This document shows, piece by piece, positions 39,702 to 49,572 of a stretch of 64,000 nucleotides of DNA (positions within the stretch are counted from its first letter, which is position 1; each line of letters opens with the position of its first letter). Made by a program: the position numbers and the translations under genes. Under the pieces are notes generated by a model that did not search any database, was not told the DNA's origin, and worked only from the letters and a program-made list of their open reading frames with translations. Source of the stretch: Chloroflexota bacterium (lineage in GTDB: Bacteria > Chloroflexota > UBA11872 > VXOZ01); NCBI GenBank assembly GCA_965221905.1, contig OZ244922.1:2336001-2400000 (forward strand), written 5' to 3'.

Positions 39702-41069
39702 CTAGGCGAAAGTCTTTGCTGCGAGCTCCGCGCGCAGCCGCTCGGATTGTGCTGCGAGGCTTTCGCTCAGGGTTACCTCGTATGGGGGGGTTGCGCTGTG
39801 AAGAGCGCGCAAGCGAGGGTTCAGTGCTTCCTGTTGCTGCCGCGCCCGCTCACGCGCAGCCGCTAGATCGCTGCGACCTGCCGACAGGCGCACTCCCTGT
39901 CGCATAACAGGAATGAGAAGGGGCGTGCCTGCAGCCACACGCTCGTCGGCCAAAGTGATTACGTCCCCCGCATACGTGCTGCTTTCCTGCAAGCGATAGA
40001 CTTGCTTACGGCCGGGAAGCGAGGACTTTCCCGCGGAGAGCTTCATACGCCCGCGACCGGCGTACGACACGAGTTTGTATGCGCAGTCTATTGTCGGCGC
40101 GTCGCTGGAAACACTCATGCGGGTTCCGACGCCAAACCCATCAATTGGAGCGTCCTGGCTCACCAGGTTGGCAATGGCGTACTCGTCGAGATTGCTGCTG
40201 GCAAAGATCTCAACTTGATGGAGGCCGGCATCATCCAGAATACGCCGAGCGGCATGCGCTAGCGCCCCCAGATCGCCGGAATCCAGGCGAATTGCCCGCA
40301 CGCCAAACGCGCTGCCCAACTCTTCGGCAAGTATGACAACCTTCTCTACACCCGCCAACGTATCGTAGGTGTCCACCAGCAAGACCGTGTCCGGATAGAG
40401 CGACACGAACTGCCGCAAGGCATCCAACTCGTCATCGTGCGCTTGAATGTAGCTGTGCGCCATTGTGCCTCGCACAGGAATGCCGTAGGTCTTCCCGGCG
40501 AGCACATTCGACGTCGCCGAAATTCCCGCCACGTGGAAGGCACGCGCGCCTTTGATTGCTGAGTCTGTACCATGCGCGCGGCGTGACCCAAAGTCCACCA
40601 CGGTAGCGCCCCGCGCCGCCCGCAACACGCGCGCGGCTTTGGAGGCCATGAGAGTTTGAAAGTGCACTTGGTTGATGAGAAGCGTCTCGACCAACTGCGC
40701 CTGCGGCAGCGGCGCTACCACCTCGACCAGCGGCTCCAGCGGAAAGGCCACCGTTCCTTCCGGTAGCGCGTACACGTCGCCAGTAAATCGGAACGCCGCC
40801 AAGTAGTCGAGGAATTGCTGGGAGAACGCTCCCAATCCCGCCAGGTAGTCCAGTGCCTCGTCGCTGAACTGCAATTCCTCCAGGAACTGGAGCACGTCGG
40901 CGACGCCGCACGCGATGACATAGTTCCACCGCTCCGGCAAGCGGCGCACGAAGAAGTCAAAAACTGCCGTCTCCTTCATGCCCTCTTGCGCGTATGCCTG
41001 GAGCATAGTGAGAGCATAGAGATCAGTGAATAAGGCCGCGTCGGATGTTTCACCCCAGTGGCGCGGCAT
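39702..41069 (-). CDS. pncB: Nicotinate phosphoribosyltransferase
   Basis: LFTDLY.LTM, DFGSRRAHG, GTMAHS, LVDTYD, RLDSGD, FGVGT. Confidence 0.96.
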   Translation of the reverse strand: MPRHWGETSDAALFTDLYALTMLQAYAQEGMKETAVFDFFVRRLPERWNYVIACGVADVLQFLEELQFSDEALDYLAGLGAFSQQFLDYLAAFRFTGDVYALPEGTVAFPLEPLVEVVAPLPQAQLVETLLINQVHFQTLMASKAARVLRAARGATVVDFGSRRAHGTDSAIKGARAFHVAGISATSNVLAGKTYGIPVRGTMAHSYIQAHDDELDALRQFVSLYPDTVLLVDTYDTLAGVEKVVILAEELGSAFGVRAIRLDSGDLGALAHAARRILDDAGLHQVEIFASSNLDEYAIANLVSQDAPIDGFGVGTRMSVSSDAPTIDCAYKLVSYAGRGRMKLSAGKSSLPGRKQVYRLQESSTYAGDVITLADERVAAGTPLLIPVMRQGVRLSAGRSDLAAARERARQQQEALNPRLRALHSATPPYEVTLSESLAAQSERLRAELAAKTFA

Positions 41070-41079
41070 CCCATACTCC

Positions 41080-41706
41080 CTAGTAGATGGTGCTGGTGGA
41101 CGGGATTCCGGTGAGATGATGCGTGTCATTCCATAGCATCAGCGTTGGAAGGTTATCCTGCCAATCGACTATGGAAAGGCTGGCATGTGCGATAGACACC
41201 TGCCAGTAGTGCTCAAGAGACAGGCCGAAGAGGTGGCAAAAATACATCCTCAGGCCTCCGCCGTGCATCACGACCGCAACTGTTTGGTCTTCATGCCGAT
41301 GGACAATGCGGCGCATGGCCGCCTGCGTGCGCCGATAGAGATCCGGGCCGTTCTCGGCGCCAGCGGGGGCCCAGTCAGGATCGTGCCGATGTTGCTCCCA
41401 CTCTGCCGTATTCGCCATGAGGTCGTCCAGTCGTTGACCTTCCCAAGTCCCGTAGCCGCGCTCGCGTAGATCACTATCTCTCACCGAAATAAGGTTATGT
41501 GGAGTTGCAATGGCCCGCGCCGTATCATAGCTGCGCGCAAGGTCGCTGCAGTAGATGCCGGAGAGTTTCTCACCGTGCAGCCGTTCTCTAAGCGCCCGCG
41601 CTTGGGACTGACCTTCATCAGAGAGCGGAGGGTCTTGTTGGCCTTGGATGCGCCCTTGGCTGTTCCACGATGACTGGCAGTGACGAACTAGAAGAAGTCG
41701 CACCAT
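41080..41706 (-). CDS. Histidine phosphatase family protein (CobC/PspA-like)
   Basis: LVRH(C)QS.WN, SDL.R, LRE..YG.WEG, VMHGG, WNDTHHL. Confidence 0.9.
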   Translation of the reverse strand: MVRLLLVRHCQSSWNSQGRIQGQQDPPLSDEGQSQARALRERLHGEKLSGIYCSDLARSYDTARAIATPHNLISVRDSDLRERGYGTWEGQRLDDLMANTAEWEQHRHDPDWAPAGAENGPDLYRRTQAAMRRIVHRHEDQTVAVVMHGGGLRMYFCHLFGLSLEHYWQVSIAHASLSIVDWQDNLPTLMLWNDTHHLTGIPSTSTIY

Positions 41707-41746
41707 CGCTCTTGTATGGACTCCTTGCCTATTCTGTTGGCATTTC

Positions 41747-43435
41747 TTAGAACTTTAGCGGCGGGTCTATGTGATCAGCCAGCCCAAACGCCTCTCGGGC
41801 CTCTGCCACCACAAACAACGAACCGGTTGCACACAAGACATCATCGGCTCCCATGGCGTCTAACCCGATCGAGACGGCCTGTTCCACGCTTTGCGCTTGG
41901 ATCACTGGTACACGCCCCCTTACCGCCTTTGTAACATCTCTTGGATCTAGGGCGCGCGGGTGCCGAGACTTCGCCACGATGAGCGTTTCGATTGCCGGAA
42001 TCAAGTCGTCCAGCAGGAGACCAATATCCTTGTCTTTGTTCGCGCCCAAAATACACAGCACTCTACGCCCAGGATAGTGCTCCACCAATGTTTCCCGCAA
42101 ACATACCATGGCATCCGGCGTGTGAGCGCCATCGGCGATTACCAAGGGCCAAGCGGACAACTGTTCGAATCGTCCCGGCCACCGCACCGCTTCTATGCCC
42201 TCACATACCGACTTTATCGACAGCGGCACGCCCTGCGCCGCTAGCTCTTCAACCACGGCGAGTACCACACTAAGATTAAGCCGTTGATGGCGGCCGCGCA
42301 GGGGAAACCGCACCGTCGCCGCTTCACCCAGGGTCTTTATCTTGCACACCTGCACAGGTTGAATCCAAGGAGGAGACTGAAAAGCGGTGCCAGGAGTAGA
42401 CTGGACTTCGCACTCTTCCGAATGGCCCGTCCCACCCGATTGGCCCGTCACCTCCAAGTGGTCCGTCTCTTCCGAATGGCCCGTCTCTTCCGAATGGTCC
42501 ATCTCTTCCGAATGGCCCGTCTCTTCAGAATGGTCCATCTCTTCCGAATGGCCCGTCCCTTCCGAATGGCCCGTCCCTTCCGAATGGCCCGTCCCTTCCG
42601 AATGGTCCGTTCGCGGTGAGCCTGTCGAACCGTAAACGGACAGCCCTGCGACAGGCTCAGGGCGAACGTAAGAGCAGACAGGCACCGAAGAATCATCAGT
42701 CATAGTGTCCGCGACGAGTTCACACCGATTTGCCTCTGCGGCAATCAAGCGGGCGCGGCGTTCTGCACACACTTCCTGAAACACACTCTCTACAGCGGCT
42801 GGGTTTGGCGCATGCACTAACACACCGCCCTCCTTGATGATCCCGGCTTTTTCGCGGGCAATGGCGGCAAGGGTATCGCCAAGTATGGCAGTATGCTCCA
42901 GACTGATCGACGTAACGACGGAAACCAGCGGCGTGAGGACGTTCGTGGCATCTAGTCTCCCGCCCAGGCCGACCTCAACGACGGCCACGTCTACGTCCGC
43001 TTCGGCAAAGCACAGGAAGCCCAGGGCCGTTGCTAGTTCATACGTCGTGGGCTTGCCGAGGTTTGGCTGCACGGCGGTCAGGGACTCCACCGCAACCGCT
43101 ACACGTTCGACAAGCCGAGCAAATACCCCAGGTTCGACGGGCACGTTGTCGATTCGGACACGCTCGCGAAAGGTGTGCAGGTGGGGCTGCGTATAAAGGC
43201 CGGTGCGAGAGCCGGCAGTGCGCAAGATAGACTCTATGATCGCTGCCGTCGACCCCTTGCCCTTGCTACCGGCAATGTGAACGCTTGAGAAGCGTAAGTG
43301 GGGATTCCCCAGGATGCGTAGCAGGGCGCTTATGCGGACAAGGGTAAAGCGTGGTGGTGCACCAACGCCAAATCCAATGCCGCGCTCCCAATCTACGAAG
43401 GAGTAAAGATACTGAAGAGCACCCGCATAATCCAT
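41747..43435 (-). CDS. folC: Folylpolyglutamate synthase/dihydrofolate synthase with a large in-frame insertion
   Basis: HIAGSKGKGST, PHL..FRER, EVGLGGRLDATNV, EKAGIIK, WPGRFE, DGAH, TGSLF. Confidence 0.96.
   Translation of the reverse strand: MDYAGALQYLYSFVDWERGIGFGVGAPPRFTLVRISALLRILGNPHLRFSSVHIAGSKGKGSTAAIIESILRTAGSRTGLYTQPHLHTFRERVRIDNVPVEPGVFARLVERVAVAVESLTAVQPNLGKPTTYELATALGFLCFAEADVDVAVVEVGLGGRLDATNVLTPLVSVVTSISLEHTAILGDTLAAIAREKAGIIKEGGVLVHAPNPAAVESVFQEVCAERRARLIAAEANRCELVADTMTDDSSVPVCSYVRPEPVAGLSVYGSTGSPRTDHSEGTGHSEGTGHSEGTGHSEEMDHSEETGHSEEMDHSEETGHSEETDHLEVTGQSGGTGHSEECEVQSTPGTAFQSPPWIQPVQVCKIKTLGEAATVRFPLRGRHQRLNLSVVLAVVEELAAQGVPLSIKSVCEGIEAVRWPGRFEQLSAWPLVIADGAHTPDAMVCLRETLVEHYPGRRVLCILGANKDKDIGLLLDDLIPAIETLIVAKSRHPRALDPRDVTKAVRGRVPVIQAQSVEQAVSIGLDAMGADDVLCATGSLFVVAEAREAFGLADHIDPPLKF
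42415..42668. repeat. Intragenic 11x18-bp tandem repeat plus paired REP copies inside folC
   Basis: Unit CTTCCGAATGGCCCGTCY from 42415 to 42612; REP at 42607-42639 and inverted REP at 42644-42668. Confidence 0.93.
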
Positions 43436-43441
43436 TGCGAC

Positions 43442-44083
43442 TCAGCGCTGCCCCGTCGCTATGGCCATAAACTCGTTGCGGGTACGGGGGTCTGAAAGAA
43501 AGAGGCCGCGCATTGCGCTCGTGATCATGCGCGAACCCGGCTTTTGGATACCCCGCATTGCAATGCACATGTGCTCCGCCTCGACCACAACCGCTACGCC
43601 CTTCGGCTTTATTACCTTGGCAATTGTGGCTGCAGCGTCGTCGGTCAAGCGTTCTTGCAGTTGGGGTCTCTTCGCCAGCGTTTCGATTACGCGAGCAAGC
43701 TTGCTGGCGCCCACGATTTGGCCGCTAGGCAGGTATCCCACGTGCGCTATACCCCAAAACGGGAGCAGATGGTGCTCGCACATAGAAAAGAACTGAATGT
43801 CTTTCAGAACTACCATCCCTTCGTACTCTTCGTGGAAACTTGCGTCTATGGCTGCAGTCGGATCGCGGAAGAGACCGGAAAAGAGAAACGCGTATGCTTG
43901 CGCTATGCGCCGCGGCGTTTCGCGCAGGCCCTCGCGCGCCGGATCCTCACCAATCGCAAGCAGGATTTCGCGTACTGCGCGCTCAATGCGCTCGGTGTCC
44001 ACCGGCATCGCCCCGTCGTCGCCTGCTGACTGTTGTGGGGCCAAGAGACCTTCCCGCTGCATTCCATCCACTTCTTTTCTCAT
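43442..44083 (-). CDS. folE: GTP cyclohydrolase I
   Basis: GEDPAREGL.ETPRR, SMCEHHLLPF, RPQLQERL, AEHMC..MRG. Confidence 0.97.
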   Translation of the reverse strand: MRKEVDGMQREGLLAPQQSAGDDGAMPVDTERIERAVREILLAIGEDPAREGLRETPRRIAQAYAFLFSGLFRDPTAAIDASFHEEYEGMVVLKDIQFFSMCEHHLLPFWGIAHVGYLPSGQIVGASKLARVIETLAKRPQLQERLTDDAAATIAKVIKPKGVAVVVEAEHMCIAMRGIQKPGSRMITSAMRGLFLSDPRTRNEFMAIATGQR

Positions 44084-44096
44084 TCGTTTAGGACCT

Positions 44097-44807
44097 CTAA
44101 GAGCCGTGCTGCAACCGTAATGCGCTACTAAGCGCCTCGTGCACTAACTTGCCCGCCAGATACCCAAGTTGGGTAGTCGGGCCGGCCTGCCGGATCCGCT
44201 CGCCTTTGCTAAGGCACGCAATAACGACACTGTCGCTAGGGGCACTCGTAGCGACGTACCCCTCACAGGTGGTAATTTCGTGTTCCACGAGAGTCCGTAC
44301 CTTCGCTTCCGTAGCGGTCATCATTGCGTTCACCATAGCGCCCATGGAAAGACTGGCATCAGTCAAGATTATTATGTCAATTCCACCCTTGTCATTCTCT
44401 TCATGTGGCGTAGACTTTCCAGCGGAACACCGCGTCGAAACATCCGCAAAGAGCAATACTATCATCTTCCACTTCGGTGTTTCCTCCGAAACCTGCAAGT
44501 AACCTTGCACGCTGCCTGCTGTGAGCACGCCCAAATAAGGCTCGTTAATGCCCGCTTGGATCGCCCAATTGTGTAGCTGCTGTACCGGGTCCGGCGACTG
44601 TTGCGCCTTAGCGGCGGACATTGCCACAATATTCCGCGTAAGCGCAAGATCGTCACCGATACTTGCACTACCCAAAATGCGAAACGGTGTTCTACTGGTC
44701 ACCCGAAGCACGTCGGCGGATTGTGAAAGCATGACGCCTTCGAGCAAGTTCTCGCCATCAGACATTTGGGTCATTGCGCGTCGCTTGTCTAGTGCTTCCA
44801 CAGGCAT
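44097..44807 (-). CDS. Adenosylcobinamide amidohydrolase CbiZ-like protein (divergent)
   Basis: G.LTA, I.III, NAMMTATEAK and AGP.T.LG match CbiZ; the usual GTIN and TGT.TD motifs are altered. Confidence 0.65.
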   Translation of the reverse strand: MPVEALDKRRAMTQMSDGENLLEGVMLSQSADVLRVTSRTPFRILGSASIGDDLALTRNIVAMSAAKAQQSPDPVQQLHNWAIQAGINEPYLGVLTAGSVQGYLQVSEETPKWKMIVLLFADVSTRCSAGKSTPHEENDKGGIDIIILTDASLSMGAMVNAMMTATEAKVRTLVEHEITTCEGYVATSAPSDSVVIACLSKGERIRQAGPTTQLGYLAGKLVHEALSSALRLQHGS

Positions 44808-45260
44808 GGGTTACAGGAAACTTATCCTGTCATGGTTGATTGGGGCTGCATTGCCACTTTCAGTATTCATTGGAGCACCTACGATGTCAACTTACTCATG
44901 TCTTGACAACTGGTCACACCGATGTGAACTGCGACCGAGCTGCGCACGCCCGAATCAGGGGGTAAGGCCCAAGGAATAAGGTTGAGCCTTGAGCACTAGT
45001 GGCAAGAGCAAAGGTACTCCCATCGGTGGATCATGGATTCTTCTGCTGCGACTATGCGCGCATCCATGCTCACGGACGCGCAATCGCTCATCGCGAGTGA
45101 GCTTCGGTCTGAGATGTCCCTCTTATGCCCGGCGTGACGTCGACCCATTTCCAAGAGCATGCAGCGGTTCCTCCGCACGCCACAATGGCATAAATCTCTC
45201 CGACGACGTATCATTGTGGCAGAACTACCGTCTCACCAAGCTGCGGGAGCCCCAAGAGAA

Positions 45261-46292
45261 ATGCAACGCACCACACTCTCTGTCGCCGAATTGCGCCAAG
45301 CTCTAGACCGGCTTCCTCGTGTGCGCTTGGCGGTGCTGCCCACGCCTTTGGAAGAAGCTTCGCGGCTATCCGAAACGCTCGGCGGCCCACCAATCTTCTT
45401 CAAGCGCGATGACCTCACCGGTCTTGCCTTCGGCGGCAACAAGACCCGTCATCTCGAGTTCATCTTGGGTGAGGCGCTGCAGAGGGGAGCCGATACGATA
45501 ATTACGGGGGCATCGATACAATCGAACTTTTGCCGCCAGACCGCTGCTGCCTGCGCCAAGCTCGGCTTGCGCTGCATCCTCTATCTGAACGGCGAAGAGA
45601 CCGGTGCGCCGCAGGGCAACCTGCTGCTCGACCATTTAGCCGGTGCGGACGTGCGCCTGGTACAACTGCGGCAACTGCCTGACCTCATCGCACTTTGCGA
45701 ACAAGCGGCCGTTGAAGAACGCGAAGCTGGGCGGAATCCAATTGTCGTGGACTTGTGGCGCGGCATCGCCAGCTTGGGTTCGGTCTCCTATGTTGAATGC
45801 GCGCTCGAGCTGAAGGAGCAACTGGAAGAAATCGGCTTGCTCCGGGCTTCGATCTATCTTTCCTCCGCTACCGCCACGCAAGGAGGTCTGGCGCTCGCGG
45901 CGCGCGCCCTTGGCTTAGACTGGGAGATTATTGGCATTAGCCCCATCCGGACCGATCTGATACCGGCGGAAGTCGTAGCAAACCTGGCCAACGAGGCTGC
46001 TCAGCGCCTAGAGCTTGACTTGCGCTTAACGGCAGCCGATATCGAGAATCAGGAACAATACATTGGCCCCGGCTATGCGCTTGCAACTGAAGAGTCGCGG
46101 GAAGCCCTAGAACTCGTGGCGCGTACTGAAGGGATGTTCCTGGATCCCGTCTACACTGCAAAAGCCATGGCCGGCCTCATCGATCACATCCGTGCCGGCA
46201 AGCTCGATCCGTCGCGGCCGGTTGTCTTCTTGCACACCGGCGGTACACCCGCCCTCTTTGCTTTCAATCACTGGTACGCAAATTCGCAATGA
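45261..46292 (+). CDS. D-cysteine desulfhydrase/ACC deaminase family PLP enzyme
   Basis: PTPLE, KRDDLTGLAFGGNK, QSNFCR, EG.FLDPVYTAKA, FLHTGG; start uncertain (45216-45261). Confidence 0.92.
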   Translation: MQRTTLSVAELRQALDRLPRVRLAVLPTPLEEASRLSETLGGPPIFFKRDDLTGLAFGGNKTRHLEFILGEALQRGADTIITGASIQSNFCRQTAAACAKLGLRCILYLNGEETGAPQGNLLLDHLAGADVRLVQLRQLPDLIALCEQAAVEEREAGRNPIVVDLWRGIASLGSVSYVECALELKEQLEEIGLLRASIYLSSATATQGGLALAARALGLDWEIIGISPIRTDLIPAEVVANLANEAAQRLELDLRLTAADIENQEQYIGPGYALATEESREALELVARTEGMFLDPVYTAKAMAGLIDHIRAGKLDPSRPVVFLHTGGTPALFAFNHWYANSQ

Positions 46293-46322
46293 GACCGCTC
46301 CCATTTGTGAAAGGCAGCGCCC

Positions 46323-46901
46323 GTGTCGAATTCTAACGGTGAGACGATCACCGGCAAGCTTGTTGCCGGCCTCCCCTTGGCTCCCTTGGAAAAGCGAATC
46401 AAGGCCGCGCTGTGGGACATCACTTTCTTCATCTTCGGTCTTGCCGCCGCGGCTATGCTCGCAGTAACCGCCGTGATTACGGGTGTCCTCATTCTTGGGG
46501 TATCCGTGGGTGAAGTGACTGAGGATACCGTCTATCCCGATGCGGCCCTCATCGTCCCGTTTGGTCTGGCAATCCTTATTATCGCACTGGCGCCTTATAT
46601 CTACTTTATCCAGGTGCCTGCCGAATACAGCGGCACTGCGGGCATGCGCCTGGTGGGCCTGCGGGCCGTCACCATCACCGGAGATTCGATGAACTGGAGA
46701 CAGGCCGCCACACGAGCACTCGCCATGCTTGTCTCCGTCGGGGCGCTTGGCGCCGGGGGATTCTGGATGTTCAAGGAGCCCAATCGCCGTACGTGGCACG
46801 ACCTGGCTGCGGGGACGTTCGTGATTGAGGAAGTGTACATACCTAAGCGGTTGAATCTCGACCCCTGGGACCCAATTAAAGAGGAAGACGACTCTTCATA
46901 G
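46323..46901 (+). CDS. RDD family membrane protein
   Basis: KRIKAALWD, T.GM...GLR.V, RRTWHD.AAGT.V. Confidence 0.88.
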   Translation: MSNSNGETITGKLVAGLPLAPLEKRIKAALWDITFFIFGLAAAAMLAVTAVITGVLILGVSVGEVTEDTVYPDAALIVPFGLAILIIALAPYIYFIQVPAEYSGTAGMRLVGLRAVTITGDSMNWRQAATRALAMLVSVGALGAGGFWMFKEPNRRTWHDLAAGTFVIEEVYIPKRLNLDPWDPIKEEDDSS

Positions 46902-46988
46902 TCCCCGCAATAGATTCAAACTCCGCCCAAGACTTAGATTTTCCGATTCGGCAATTCACGTTTCGCTTCGTTTACAGAGGAGAATGTC

Positions 46989-48578
46989 ATGTACGACGTG
47001 GTCTTTGAAGGCTGCACGGTAGTAGACGGCAGCGGCGGACGGGGTTTCGTATCGGATGTAGCCGTTCAAGACGGCAAGATTGCAGCAATCGGTGCGCTGG
47101 AGCACCTGGAAGCCCGCCGGCGCGTGCTAGGACGCAACAAAGTTCTGGCCCCCGGCTTCATTGACATTCACACGCACTCTGACCTGCCTTTGCTCGTTAA
47201 TCCCCGTGCGGAGAGCAAGGTCCGGCAGGGCGTGACGACTGAGGTCATCGGCAACTGTGGGCTGGGTCCTGCGCCGCTCACTCCTGATACCAGAGATGAA
47301 ATTCGCGATACAAGCACGTTTCTCGCCAAGGGAAGCGCTGAGCTTGGCTGGGACTGGCTGCGCTTTGGCGAATACCTGGACACTATAGAGAAGAATAACG
47401 TCGCCCTGAATGTAGTGCCCCTCGTCGGTCACACGCCGCTGCGCATGGCGGCAATGGGTATGGATCGCCGTCCAGCCCAGCCTGAGGAGATCGCGCAACA
47501 GCAGAAGCTTCTTCGCGAATCGCTGGACGACGGAGCGTTCGGCATGTCCAGCGGCCTCATTTACCCGCCCAGCTCGTATTCAGACACGGAAGAGCTCGTG
47601 AGCCTCGCCAAGGTTGCGCATGAATACGGCGCGCTCTATTTCAGTCACATTCGCGGCGAGGGCGATACGCTGCTCCGTGCCGTAGCGGAAGCCATTGAGA
47701 TTGGCGAACGCGCCGCGGTATCCGTGGAGATTGCGCACCACAAAGCTACCGGCAGGAATAACTGGGGTAAAGTGCGGGAGGCAACGAATTACAGCGAGCG
47801 CGCCCAAGATCGCAATGTGAACGTCAACTACGACGTTTATCCATATACGGCCGGGAGCGGTGGGTTGGACCAGGTGGTGCCCAATTGGGCGAAAGAAGGC
47901 GGTTCGGGAGCAATGCTGGCGCGCCTCTACGATCCGAACACCTATGGCCAGTTACGCGCAGAGGCCGACGCGGATGGTCGCGAATGGGATAGCTTCTACC
48001 TGGTTTGGATCGATGCTGAGGCCTTCAAGCAATACGAGGGACAGGACTTCGCCGCCATAGGACAGAGCCTCAAGCTACACCCGCTGGACGCCGCCTTCCA
48101 TCTCATCATCGAGAGCCGGAACAAAGCCTCCATGCTGGCCTTCTCGATGAGCGAAGACGACGTGGAGTACATGCTCCAACACCCGCTCGGCATGGTGGGT
48201 TCCGATGGCTCCAGCCTCGCGCCGTACGGCCCTCTCAGCCAGGGCGTGCCGCATCCACGCAACTACGGCACATTTCCCCGCGTGCTGCAGGTCTATGTGC
48301 GCGAGCGCAACGTGCTCACGCTGGAACAAGCAGTCCGCAAGATGACGGGTGCGCCCGCAGAGAAGCTGGGACTATCATCGGATAAAGGATTCGTTCACAG
48401 CGGCCTGGATGCCGACCTCGTGCTCTTCGACCCGGCAACCGTAACGGAGAACGCCACGTTTGGAGACCCGCACCAGTATCCTACAGGCATCGACCTGGTG
48501 ATGGTGAACGGCCAGATCGTGGTAGACAACGGTGAGCACACCGGCAAACTGCCCGGCAAGGTGCTTCGCAGAAACTAG
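46989..48578 (+). CDS. N-acyl-D-amino-acid deacylase (D-aminoacylase)
   Basis: APGFIDIHTHSD, QGVTTEVIGNCG, SHIRGE, DVYPYTA, PHPRNYGTFPRVL. Confidence 0.94.
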   Translation: MYDVVFEGCTVVDGSGGRGFVSDVAVQDGKIAAIGALEHLEARRRVLGRNKVLAPGFIDIHTHSDLPLLVNPRAESKVRQGVTTEVIGNCGLGPAPLTPDTRDEIRDTSTFLAKGSAELGWDWLRFGEYLDTIEKNNVALNVVPLVGHTPLRMAAMGMDRRPAQPEEIAQQQKLLRESLDDGAFGMSSGLIYPPSSYSDTEELVSLAKVAHEYGALYFSHIRGEGDTLLRAVAEAIEIGERAAVSVEIAHHKATGRNNWGKVREATNYSERAQDRNVNVNYDVYPYTAGSGGLDQVVPNWAKEGGSGAMLARLYDPNTYGQLRAEADADGREWDSFYLVWIDAEAFKQYEGQDFAAIGQSLKLHPLDAAFHLIIESRNKASMLAFSMSEDDVEYMLQHPLGMVGSDGSSLAPYGPLSQGVPHPRNYGTFPRVLQVYVRERNVLTLEQAVRKMTGAPAEKLGLSSDKGFVHSGLDADLVLFDPATVTENATFGDPHQYPTGIDLVMVNGQIVVDNGEHTGKLPGKVLRRN

Positions 48579-48596
48579 AGGCAGCCCTGCCTCACC

Positions 48597-49334
48597 CTAC
48601 ACACCCAAAGTCAGCCGCTCGATCAGTGGTTCCGGCAAGTTGGCGTCACGCATCTCTTGCTGGGTTTTTGCCACGTCATAGGGCACACGCCGCATTTGGA
48701 ATGTACGGCTCTCGGAGTCGTACATTCCAAATGAAGCTGCCGGGTTGTAGTCACGGGGTTGACCGACGCTTCCCGGATTGATGATCATCCGCATCCGGCC
48801 ATCGAGGGGCAGCGGTTCGCCAGACTTCAACTCTATTCTAATGACGTCCGGTAACGAAGCACGTTCAGCCGCAATAAAGACGCATGGCACGTGAGTATGG
48901 CCCACCAAGCAATACGCTGTGGAAAAGTAAGGGAAACACTTCTGAGCCTCGTCGGATCGGAAGAGATACTCTTCCGTGGGTGCGCGCGGACTACCATGAA
49001 CTAAGTAGAAGTCATCTTCCTCCAGTGTTTCGGGCAGAGCGAACAGGAATTGCTGTGTTTCTGTGCTCAACTGCGCTGCAGTCCAGTGCGCTGCAAGTGC
49101 CGCATGGGGATTGAATCCCAATGCAGAGCGCCTCCCGCCGGCCACCCAATCGTGATTGCCTGCCACAACCAAGTTTGGGTAGCGACGAATTACAGCCACG
49201 CACTCATTCGGATTCGGTCCGTAGCCGACAAGGTCGCCCAGACACCAAATCTGATCGAACGGCATCGCCGCCGTAATCACGGCGTTTAGCGCTTCCAAGT
49301 TAGCGTGAACGTCCGCAATGATGAGGTAACGCGA
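48597..49334 (-). CDS. Metallophosphoesterase (YfcE/PPP-like); no canonical start codon
   Basis: Motif I IIADVHAN lies upstream of the TTG at 49298; LGDLVGYG, GNHD, VHGSP, GHTH, NPGSVGQPRD. Confidence 0.9.
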   Translation of the reverse strand, partial: SRYLIIADVHANLEALNAVITAAMPFDQIWCLGDLVGYGPNPNECVAVIRRYPNLVVAGNHDWVAGGRRSALGFNPHAALAAHWTAAQLSTETQQFLFALPETLEEDDFYLVHGSPRAPTEEYLFRSDEAQKCFPYFSTAYCLVGHTHVPCVFIAAERASLPDVIRIELKSGEPLPLDGRMRMIINPGSVGQPRDYNPAASFGMYDSESRTFQMRRVPYDVAKTQQEMRDANLPEPLIERLTLGV

Positions 49335-49572
49335 AACTTCCTGCTCCTGCTATTGAATCCACCGCAGGCACTGTGGGTCTCATTTGCTCTAAGTCAATGA
49401 GTTTCGCAATGCAACCCGTCAATCCCGCGCCAGTGGGATTCCATCTTGTCCGCAGCTAGTAGAAACCTATTTGCCGTCAGGTGTCAAAAGTCGTTGCAAG
49501 ACTCTGTTGCTCCGAGCAAGTGGGTTTCGCCAAGTCGAAGAGACTCTGCACAACCAATTTCCAAAATTGCCG

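Noticed and set aside
44808-45215. Cobalamin riboswitch upstream of the cbiZ-like gene
   Set aside because: I could not find the GGGAA, CCCGC..CTGT and B12-box elements in the correct order on the minus strand.
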